In this document: piece after piece, positions 53,187 to 64,000 of the stretch
How positions within the stretch are numbered: position 1 is the first letter of the stretch
Layout of the letters: each line of letters begins with the position of its first letter
Assembly: GCA_951406725.2 (NCBI GenBank)
Contig: OX597814.1
Location: forward strand, 50,468,001-50,532,000
Source of the DNA: Octopus vulgaris
Taxonomy: Eukaryota
DNA: 64,000 bases
Direction of reading: 5' to 3'
Translations under genes and position numbers: made by a program
Notes under the pieces: generated by a model
The model's input: only the letters and a program-made list of their open reading frames with translations
Told to the model about the DNA's origin: nothing
Databases searched by the model: none

Positions 53187-53503
53187 ACGATGGCTTAGTG
53201 GTTAGAGTATTCGGCTAGCGATCGTAGGGTCACGAGTTCGATTCCCGGTGGCGCGTTGTGTCCTTGAGGAAGGCACTTCATTTCACGGTGCTCTAGTCCA
53301 TTCAGCTGGCAAAAATTAGTACTACCTGTATTTCGAGGGGCTAGCATTATCACACTTTGTGTGACACTGAATCTCCCTGAGAAATAAGTGAAGGGGTACG
53401 CGTGTTTGCGGAGTACTCAGCCACTTACACGCTAATCTCACGAACAAGCTGTTCCGTTGATCGGATCAACGGAGATCCTCGTCGTCATAAGCGACGGAGT
53501 GCC
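53187..53503 (+). mobile_element. SINE group B variant
   Basis: A box TGGCTTAGTGG, B box GAGTTCGATTCC and a tail as in the 42095 copy. Confidence 0.85.
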
Positions 53504-54152
53504 AAGGGAAGATGTTATAATTAGATCGTAAACCTGACCCAAATGCTTACAGTAGAGTGGACTCTGATAAATACAAAATATACCCAAAAGCCAGAAGGCT
53601 GATTTAAAATAGGTACTTGATCAATTCAACCATTCAAGAACAAAAAAAGTCTCATTGAATGCACTTCCACAGAGTTTCTACCGACCAAATTTCACACGAG
53701 GCTTTAATATACCAGAGGTAGGGTTTCCAAAAGTGCTGCACAATGAGGATGAGCTCAAAACCACGTCATATCTAATTCGGTTAATCAATGCTCCATCTTT
53801 TCACTGAAAACTAGCTCGCTGATTATATAGTTACCTTGCGACTTAAAGAAAGAAAATGCAACATTGATTAGTATGAAAATAATCATAGTACCTAAGGACT
53901 ATTGGAAGTTATTTCACCATGAACCATTACACTGCATACAATTGCATGTATATTCTTACTTGACATCAAATTTACACCATAAGATGTACCATTTTGCTGT
54001 TGTTTTTTGTAGTCACTGTACATTCAATATTTTCTTCTTCGCTTGTTTACTTCCTCCTTAATGGAAACACATCATTTTCGATATAAAACACTCTTTATCA
54101 GTTTATGATTCCTAACAAATTAACTTTTTTGTTTTTACCTTTTCCACTTCAG

Positions 54153-54213
54153 GTTTACAAATAAAAGTTGGCATCGTAGCCGTTTTAGGCCTTCTCAGAT
54201 TGATAAGGTCAAT
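54153..54213 (+). other. Candidate 61-nt internal exon of an unidentified host transcript
   Basis: An upstream CTAAC, a ~25-nt pyrimidine tract and a CAG acceptor (AG at 54151-52) precede it, and GTAAGT follows at 54214. Two of three frames are open. Confidence 0.3.
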
Positions 54214-55354
54214 GTAAGTTAATGTTCAGATTGAATTTCAGCAAGACAATGCATACAACAAAATACATTAACAGGAACTAGACAAGGAGAGAAAGTCTCT
54301 GCATGGTTGAAAAACTGCTGAAAATTGCACTTTATTCTCTGTCAAACGGTACCCTACATTATTATAATAGGACGGATAAACTGGAAATAGCTAAGCAAAA
54401 GTATCAGTTGGCTATGATTGGAATGCTTTAATCATATGTATACTCAGTGAAAACTGACTGGGGTCAAATCAACAAATTACATCATGAGCAGATGGTATTT
54501 CCAATTAGAAAAGTTGCAATCCTTGAATTTGTGATGAAAAATAGCATAACTAGCGAGAGAAAGAGAGATGACTTTTTCGCAGAGGTTTAGATTGGTGATT
54601 TGGGGCTAACAAATTAGCACAGAAGAGCAACAACTAATACGGGCAAGTTAGAAAAGACAGATAAAATGTGTGAGAGAGCTGATAGGTTCGTTACCAAGTT
54701 AAAGGTTACACAATTATCACCTATTCTAGAGGGTTTGTTTTACTGTTTGTACATATGTATGTATTTCTTAAATTTAAAAATTATTTTATCGAGTTTCTAA
54801 CCATGAAGCTTGTTCCATCGTTGGAATTTAGATAACAATAACGGTAAAAAGTGCTAAATGTTGAAATTTTAAAAAATCCTGTATATTATTACTGTTTTCG
54901 ATGATATGTATGTTCTGATGTTTTAAAAAAATTCTCACCAATAAAGAACTAGTTTCTAATCTATAAAGATATGTATATATGCATGTATGTATAAATATGT
55001 ATGTAAGAATGCATGTATGCATGTATTCATGTAAGTTGGTGCTTAGATAGATATCTTCTGAATTATTTGTATATGTTCTTGAATGCACGCTATTTCTTGT
55101 GTGGATTTGTAAGCGTTGACATATTTGTTCATACACATATGTTTGTTTGTCTATACGTGCACATACCTACCTATCACGCGATAAACGGGTATGTTTTACA
55201 TATTTTCAGAATTTTCTTAATGCTCGTGGTTTCTTAATTACCCGTATCCTTTCCGGTTTTGTGAAACCCTGCTATTTTGGTTAATGTTGATTCACATAAC
55301 GTTGAAAACAAATATACCAATAATTACATTAATCATAATTACACTAATCATTTA

Positions 55355-56130
55355 GGCACACGGCGTCACGCCGGGCAAGATTCTTAGGGGTCGATAAAAT
55401 AACTTTCAGCTGAGCACTATGGTTGATGTAATCAACTTACCCACTCCACTGTATTTGCTGGCCTTGTAACAAAAAATTGAACACAATATTACTTCTGCAA
55501 TCAGAGTAATGAGTTCGCAGTATCACTTGCACTTTAAAAGAAATAGTTTGCGTATTTCCTCTGGTTCTATATCTTCTCAGTTCAAATTACTCGAAGGTCA
55601 ACTTATCTTTCATCTTTACAGAGTCTATAACATAAAATACCAATTAAGTACTAGGATCGGTGTAACTACTAATCCCCTACCTTAAAAACTCTTGATCATG
55701 TGCCTGAATCAGAAATCAGAAAAAGTGGGGGATTTACAGAATCATTAGAGCGTCGGACTAAATACCTATGTCGTATTTTTTCCGGCTCTTTTACGTTCTG
55801 AGTTCAATTTGCATTGCAGTTGACTTTGCTTTTCTTCCCTTCGAATTCTATAAAATAAAGTACCAGTCAATTACAAAGGATATAATCTGTTAATTCCGTC
55901 ATCTCAAAATTGTTGGCCTTGTGCCTAAATTGATTTCACATTTTGACACAAGGCCAGAAAGTTCGGGAGTTGGGATGAGTCGATTACATCGACCCCAATG
56001 TTCAATTGGTATTTATTTTATCGACCCCGAAAGGATGAAAGACAAAGTCAACGTCGGCGGAATTTGAAATCAAAACATAAAAACGGACGAAATGCCGTTA
56101 GGTATTTTTTTGTGCCAGTTCACCGCCTTG
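55355..56130. mobile_element. Cluster of four decayed SINE group A copies (three +, last one -)
   Basis: Repeated core and tail type 2 motifs. Confidence 0.7.
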
Positions 56131-56149
56131 ACTGCAGTTGTAATAATAA

Positions 56150-57180
56150 AGTCTTGATGTAGTATCTGCACAGTTCTTCATTAAATCTTCATTGATGTTC
56201 TATTTTTATTTCATCTTCAATATTATGTTAATATCTACTGGAAAACTGATTTCTACTACTGTTCCTCTCTTCTGCTCAAGACCATTTTACCTGGTCTATT
56301 ATGCTTACATTTTATTGAGGCTTTGACAGGAACATTCCATTGATATTCTTTCATATTATGGATGCTTACATCCTCGACATCACAGTCATGTATTGCAGTT
56401 TGGTCTTCATGACTATCATTTCTAAGGAGGATTACATTATATAGTATTTTGACTGCTACATCATGCCTCACAGGTAGATATTTTCGTGATGACATTTTTA
56501 GACAGCTGAATTAACACATTTTCAGTGTTAATTCCACAGAGTCTGCATCTGTTGTCGTATTCCTATCTCTTTTGTGCAAAGGTGTTTTGCTGCATTTATT
56601 TCCTGTTTCTAGATATTTTTCAAAGTGAGAGCTAATATACCGGTTGTTGGTCAAAGACAGAGTCCTTTGATTATCTATTCTATACTCACTCTGAAGTTTT
56701 CTGACAACATAGTAGTGCATGACCTTCTGATATTAAACAGAAATTCTTTCATCAGATGTTCTTTTGCAATAGGGCCGTACTGCTTCCTTGGGTATGTTCC
56801 CAACTCCCACGATACTGGTTTCTTCATGTTTGCAGACTTTATCCATAGATGCACTTCGGTGATTAGTCGTTGCTATCAAAGACATATCACTTCGAAACTT
56901 GTTTGAATCGATAGTAAGGCTCTGCCACCTTGTTTCCGTTTTAGGTAGAGGCGGTCAATATCGCAGTTGGTATGGAAATGTGAGACAGTGGTTAATAGTT
57001 TCATGTTTAAACATCAATGGAATCTCTTCTTGTGTCCAATCCTGTATTCCTTAATGTTGACATGAGTACTAGTATAGCAAACACACTGTTGGTCATGGAT
57101 TTATTACATGTAGAAAACTGTAAGGGCCACATTTTATTCCGGTGTTAAACGTAGAATATATTTTCATACATCCTGGTACC
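56150..57180 (-). mobile_element. R4/Dong-like LINE fragment (late RT, zinc finger, RLE start)
   Basis: DIDRLYLKRKQGGR, RLCGINTE, KMSSRKYLPVRHD and HNMKEYQWNVPVKASIKCKHNRP. The last is homologous to 41820-41890. Confidence 0.85.
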
Positions 57181-57869
57181 TGAAGTATTCGTCGTGTCCG
57201 TGTATACAAATGATTATGAGACACATGCATATAACAATTGTAATTTTTTTCCAGGCCAAGGTTACCTTAAAAAAAATGGAGACTAACCTATTTTGAATCG
57301 ATCTTAAATTTTACTAAATGGTTTCTTTTCTTGAACACTCTGCAAAATCAAGCGAGATGAAGTTAGTGGAAAAAGAAACTTGATACTTAAAAGCCCCTAC
57401 GCAACTAACATCGGAGGCCACCATCCAATTGCTTCATTTCAATGGTTCGAAAGGCGGATTTGAACCACCGACCACAGGTGAATAACCTTTTAAACGAAAA
57501 TAAAATTCCGCTGCTCTTGCTTTTTCGTAATTCTTGACCAACCTACAACTTTTATGTAGAAATTTATGGCAAATATGCATAGGATTTACATTTATTATGT
57601 ACATACGCACTTTTCCGCCCACTTGTAAACCTGTGTACTTACATACATATTTACAAAAAAAAATCATGTGTGTGTGTGCCTATGTACACAACCTCGTATA
57701 CACATTAAATTAAAATGTCTATATTATAAATGTTAACATACACGCACACACACACAGAAACACTAATACACACACACGCATACATATATAAAATACTTTT
57801 CAAAGTATACATGTACGTGAGTGTGTGAGTGTGTAAACATACATACATGCATTTACATATACCTATATA

Positions 57870-57905
<36 letters not shown>

Positions 57906-58698
57906 TGTATGTATGTATGTATGTATGCGTGTGTATGTATGTATGTATGTGCATGCATGTATGTATGCATGCAGAGAGAGAGAGAGAATTAAGGAGATAG
58001 AGAGATAATTGATATTTTTTAAAAATAAATCTATAAAAAGGAAGAGAAAAAATCTTAGATATGAGAGCAGTAGGTTCGGTCTGTCAGTGTCTAATGCCAA
58101 TTGTGAACCTCAACCATATTTATGGATCGTATGCTTACGGCCTTTGAGGATTTCATGGTTTGTCAAATCTCCATATATCGAACTTCTGTGCTTGTCACAC
58201 AAGCTTCACGATGTACAAGTTAGCTTTACTTTATTTGTTAAGTTCTTATGTTTGGTTGTTTAGTATGTTTACTTCTTAAGTTTGTTTGCAATAATTTTAT
58301 TTATTTATTTATTTAAATACATAGATGAATTGCTTTTTGGTTATTTATTTCATGTGTTCGTTTTTGTTTTATTTTTACTTATTTTTTCTTAAACCTTTAC
58401 TACTGAGTATTTCCTTTTACTATTGCTAGAGATGTACGCTGTTCCCGCCCTGCTATATTTTTTTTCATATATTTGTTGTTTCGTTTTATTTTTTGTCTTC
58501 TTCTGCTGCCTCACCCCCCGACACCACACACATACAAATACACACACACACTCACACACTTCGTTTCACCTCTGCATTTTTTTTTATATCTATATCTACT
58601 CTTTATTCTAAAATGAAGAATTTACTTTTTATCTTCTTATTTTATGAGTTGAAAATAAGCTGAACAGAGAATAAACTAAAGTAGTTGAAGACTTAAAG

Positions 58699-58838
<140 letters not shown>

Positions 58839-60585
58839 CAATTTGTTACTCAGAGAATATGTGGAAGACAAATGATTGTTTTCTACAGTTATGATATCGA
58901 GGTTGAGAACTTGTAGCGATTTGACTTTGAAAGACCAAAGACTAAAATTGAATACATACACACATACACACATACATACGTACGTATGTCTGCCTGTCTG
59001 TATGTATGTATATATATGTGTGTATGTATATGTATACATATGCGTACGTATGTATATATTTATATATTCGTACATATATGTGTATATACATGCATATATA
59101 CATAAGTACATACGTGTGTGTGTGTGTGTGACTTTGTGTGTGCTTATGTGTATACACACAAATTTCATTTTTAACCCATTCATATTCTTTACAATTAAAC
59201 TTGTTTGCAGAGATAGGGTGCGAAAACAGATTCATTAGATTAAACTAAACTTATCGTTCCATATTCAACTATTCTCATATATTCTTTATTTTGTTTGACT
59301 AGTTATATATGCCAGCTTTATAATAATGTGTAAGTCTCAATGATGACAAACTCAATCTTGTAGTGTGCATATTGAGGCCATGATAGTTTGGTAACTTTTC
59401 ACCTTCTGAAGGAGTGCAATTGTAACAGTAGTATTTTAGTTCACCTGACGCCATGTCACTCTAATGTTTACTAAGGCCGTCCACGTCTTATTTTGTGGAT
59501 ATAATCTCTGCAAATGATTGCCTCAGGGTTTCATTAAGTAGGTATTAAGCATTAGTTCTAAACGAGCAATTTAACTCACTAGGCTTAATGGAATTACTGG
59601 TAATAAAATTCTTCGCTGTTGATGTCTTAATTTCAAATTATTTCAATTAAATTGTTTTCTATCATGATTGTTGATCGGGAAATGTCGGTGGAAGGTTTAT
59701 TATCCTTCTGTAGAATTTCTACCCGGGTTAAATAGGAAACTTTACCGTTTCGTCAATGGTAGTAAGGGATTATTTAGAAACACATCCACATCATCTTTTC
59801 AGCTTTTCCAACTGAGATGTATTTCAAAAAAATTGATGACTCTTAATATGGATCAATATAAAAGATAATGGTTTATCTCAATGGTCAAACATTAGAACAT
59901 TAGAAGATTTTAAACAGAAAAAACTTTTAAAATTTCGATTAGGAAATAACAATCTTCACAAAGATGACTACAATTAACTACATAGGATGTTATACTCAAC
60001 TTCAGCAGTGTTATTTAGAAATGTTTGCGTGTATGTGTATGGGTGTGTGCCCGTGCTTATTAACTTATTGTTTTAAAGTAACTTTCAGAATAATAACGAA
60101 TAATTAAAAAAAATCATGTTGACTCGGACCTCCGGTTTCTCATGATGGTTTATTTAACTGATTGAATAAACAATCAGACACAACTTAAAGTTCCAGACAA
60201 CTAAATTTTAATTATACATACATACATACACACACACATACATACATACATACATACATACACACACACATACATACATACATACATACATACATACATA
60301 CATACATGCATGCATACATACATACATACATACATACATACATACATACATACATACATACATGTATACATACATACATACATACATGCATACATACATA
60401 CATACATACATACATACATACATACATACATACATACATACATACATACATACAAATATATAATTGTTGAGGGCTTCCATAAAATGAAACCAATCTTAGT
60501 CTTAATCCATAAATAAAGAAGCTTTACCACCAATGCGGTGTTGAGCACTCATTTTCATGGTTCGATCAAAACAGAAGAATATATA

Positions 60586-60890
60586 CAGGGCCAAATTAAG
60601 ACCCATAGAGGCCCACTTAAAAAAAATTGGTGCCGCCATATATATGTAATTCAAAATATAAACAATAATAAGCCATAAAATAAATGTTTAGTTTTTCAAA
60701 ATGAAACAAAACTGACAGTATGATGGAAAACAATGTTTATTTTTGTATCCTTCCACTTAATTTATATTTGAAACATTTTCTCCTAGTTTTTTTTAATTGC
60801 AAAGCCCTTGATCAGATCTTCACTATGACATCATGAACTTCGAAGTTATATTTCCGGTCATTTCAAGTATTATTTTAGCAAGTTTAAATA
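60586..60890 (-). mobile_element. Possible hAT transposon 3' end
   Basis: A TIR-like CAGGGCCAAATTAAG and minus-strand DLIKGFAIKKTRRK, which resembles hAT transposase C-termini. Confidence 0.4.
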
Positions 60891-61051
60891 AATTTACACT
60901 TTTATAATGTGTATATTTGTGCGTATACACATAAACACACACACACAATTACACACATACACACACGTATGCACACACACACATATATATATATACGTAT
61001 GCACTTATGTATATATGTATGCATATACATATATACGTATGCATATATATG

Positions 61052-61125
<74 letters not shown>

Positions 61126-61319
61126 AAATTTAAATGCCGTAATCCATTTACTATTTTATGTGTTCTCCCTCTCCCAACATACAAACTTCCCTTGATTTCC
61201 TAAGCACATACTTGTTTTGCTTATTGGTTAATCCACCACTGGATATATATTTGCAAGCATATATGTATGCATATATGCATGCATGTATCTATTATTGCAT
61301 AAGTATCAAAACAAAAGGA

Positions 61320-61645
61320 TCAAAGGTCCTATCCAAGCCACGGGCTCATCAGGCCGCTCTCCCGAATTCTGTGGCGTTACAGTCATCCCTCGACTATCAC
61401 GGATGTTACGTTCCAAAACCCACCGCGATAGGTTGACCGCGATATGGTGAGGGATTAGTCTATATATATATTCCCCATTGGACGAGACGCCGGTCCGCCG
61501 TAGGATTACTCATTTTCACAAGTTGGCTGGACTGAGGCAACGTGAAATGATGCGTTTTGCTCAAGTACACAATGCATAGCCCGGCCCTAGAATGGGAACC
61601 ACAATCTTACCGTCATCACCTTTACCACTAAGTCACACGCCTCCG
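61320..61645 (-). mobile_element. Diverged SINE group B variant
   Basis: tRNA-like head at 61580-61645. GGACCGGCGTCTCGTCCA is shared with the 35324 copy. Confidence 0.7.
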
Positions 61646-61873
61646 CGCACACACACGCACGCACATGCACGCACACACAAACACATGCGCACACACACAC
61701 GCACACATACACATATATAAGTGTGTGAGGGTGGAGGGTGCCAGACGCCATTTTATTGTGGGAATATTTCACTTTTGTCTGGTGCTGTGTTATGTGAAAC
61801 TTGCTAAAGTTTTTCAATTTCAATAAAACGCTCTCTCGTTCGCTCTCTCTATCTCTCTCCGTGCATATATACT

Positions 61874-61941
<68 letters not shown>

Positions 61942-61949
61942 GGTGTAGC

Positions 61950-61984
<35 letters not shown>

Positions 61985-61989
<5 letters not shown>

Positions 61990-62512
61990 AAATATCAGCT
62001 CAATGCAAAATATCAGCTACTGGGAAAGACTGAAGGTATTAAACCTCTTCTCCCTAGAGCGGAGGCGAGAGAGATATGCAGTGATATACATCTGGAAAAT
62101 CCTGGAGGGTCTTGTCCCAAACTTTGGCATTAAAAGTTACTCCAACCGCAGAACGGGGCGCCGCTGCGTGGTGCCAAGGATTCCAACATCACCATCAAAA
62201 TACAGGTCCAGATACTGCAACAGCTTGGGTTTCAGGGGACCACAGCTCTTTAACATCCTCCCTAAATGCCTGAGAGACTTACATGGTGTGGATGTGGGTT
62301 TCTTTAAAACTAAACTGGATCTCTTCTTGTTGGGAGTCCCAGATGAACCTACCTCACGACAGGAGACGCGGATGCGGGCAGCAGCATCGAACTCCCTTGT
62401 TGATCAAGTGCCACGTATCAGAGGTGGATTCACAAACTAGTGTAGCTCATTCAGCGGTGGTGCCCCAGCATGGCCGCGGCCTTCGGGCTAAAACATTTTT
62501 AAGGATTTAAGG

Positions 62513-62517
<5 letters not shown>
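61985..62517 (+). mobile_element. Young 5'-truncated CR1/L2-group LINE inserted in (TA)n
   Basis: An uninterrupted 151-aa ORF ([37 protein letters not shown]...FKTKLDLFL) is followed by a short 3' UTR and an (AAGGATTT) repeat tail. Confidence 0.85.
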
Positions 62518-62561
<44 letters not shown>

Positions 62562-62594
62562 CATATATATTATATGTGTGCATATATATATATA

Positions 62595-63235
62595 CAGTGA
62601 ATAACCTGTCGTCTAAATTACGCAAAAATTAAAATAACATTGACATCTCATTATAACAGATATATTTACCAAAATTATATTAAAATATCTTGAAATACTA
62701 AAGAGTAAATTTATTCCATGAAATCACCATTGTCTTCAACCACGGTCTCCATACGACTTCGGAATCTCCTGCAACTCTTCTTGACGGTCTCCTTGTTTAA
62801 GTTGGTGAATGCTGCCATAATCCTTGCCTTCAGTTCTTCTTTGGTGTTACAAGGTGTTTTGCTGGTGACTCGCCCAACTGCGCTCCACACATAATAATCA
62901 AGTGGGTAGCAGTCTGGAGAGTTAGGTGACCAGATATTACAGTGATGCGGTCGCAGAAATGTCTTAGCCATGACTGGGATCTCCTCTTTGTGCAGCCTGG
63001 TGCAGAGTCTTGCTGCCAGACATAGTGTCTTCCAGCAGCCTCCCTCTTGACCCCGGGCAGCACCACCTCCTCCAGGCACTTGGTGTAGGCCTCCGTGGTG
63101 AATCTAAAGCCGTGTATGTAGATAAATGGATGGAGGCATAGTGTCGCCATCACTAGGGATCACTCCAATTACAAGGATGATGACTGTATGTTTTATGTTT
63201 ATCACTCTCAGTACATGTTTTGGGGACACGGCAAA
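62595..63235 (-). mobile_element. Tc1/mariner transposase 3' part (DD37D/maT-like)
   Basis: YVWQQDSAP...IWSPNSPDCYPLDYYVW...NTKEELKARI. A TA|CAGTG terminus lies at 62593-99. Confidence 0.85.
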
Positions 63236-63339
63236 ACATGTAAAAATCTGAAAATTGGTTATATTGATGCAATTTTCCACGCTTATTCATGTAAAGCCAT
63301 GAACTTGTGGAGGAAAAATTTGACGTAAAAGTTTCAAAT

Positions 63340-63850
63340 GTTTAAAAATCGATAAAACTGTGTATTTTTAGCCAAAATGTGACAGAAATTTTCTGCGTTG
63401 TAGCGGGATCAACCAAAGGTTGTACAAGAATGTCGTATGCACTCTTCCAGTGTGGCGCGATTTCGGCTGGGGACAACGCAAAGAAAAACTTTTCTGGTTT
63501 CGTAACACACTCCGCCGAAGATGCACTCCTCAAGTGCTCGGTTTTATTTGCGTCGGCTATATTTCCTCTGTTATATTTCACCTATTTCAACAGTCTTCCC
63601 TGGACCACCTACCCGAACTCAGTTGCGGAGTAAGTCCTGCGCACACATCTCATAATTGTCGTAATCAATGGCCGTGGAACGGAACATTTCCAGTTCTTCC
63701 CTACAAAAACGGACTGTGGTTAATTCCTTTACCCATGAGTATAGAAATAACAATATAGTCCTAAGAGGAAAGATGCTGCCTTCCAGAGAAAAATAAAAAT
63801 AACAAACAAACGAACGTGTGGACGTAGTACAAGCAATGTATAAATAATAT
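63340..63850 (-). mobile_element. Merlin (ISXO2/IS1016-like) transposase fragment
   Basis: EGSIFPLRTILLFLYSWVKELTTVRFCREEL...TAIDY, VGGPGKTVEIGE, RKYSRR, IFGGVCYETRKVF and VPSRNRATL. Confidence 0.8.
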
Positions 63851-64000
63851 GTTCAGAGAAGGAAAAGAGTAGTAGTTTTACATTTTGGGCATAACTCTAC
63901 TTCGGAAACAGGAAAAATAGGAAAGTCCAAAATGAAGGAGGAAAGAAAACCGCCAACAGTCACGCGCGATTACATTTTTGAAGTGACCGAAAGTAGAAAG

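Noticed and set aside
61985-62440. Host protein-coding gene (151 aa)
   Set aside because: It is a LINE ORF2 C-terminus with a LINE tail, and its ATG arises at the truncation junction within (TA)n.

Overview
AT-rich, microsatellite-dense eukaryotic DNA that is intergenic or intronic. The SINE repertoire and (TA)/(CA)/(TACA)/(TAGA) load suggest an octopus-type cephalopod; this is inference, not proven. No intact host gene is visible, and nearly all listed ORFs are microsatellite artefacts or transposon fragments. The window is a mobile-element graveyard. It holds three tRNA-headed SINE groups (called A, B and C here), LINE fragments (Tx1/L1, RTE, R4/Dong-like, CRE-like, CR1/L2-group) and Penelope-like fragments. 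DNA transposon remains include mariner, DD37D-like Tc1/mariner, Merlin, a hAT MITE, Helitrons and a Helentron-type element. Five observations stand out. (1) A Tx1-like LINE, an internally deleted ORF1-only derivative and SINE group A share one 3' terminus. (2) Type I hammerhead-ribozyme folds occur in an inverted pair and in a retrozyme-like partial tandem. (3) There is a four-level nested insertion in which a Helitron carries a LINE ORF1 fragment. (4) An R4/Dong-like family sits in (CATA)n tracts. (5) There are several long hairpins and one candidate 61-nt exon. Family names come from recalled protein and RNA motifs, not database searches, and boundaries of decayed elements are approximate.
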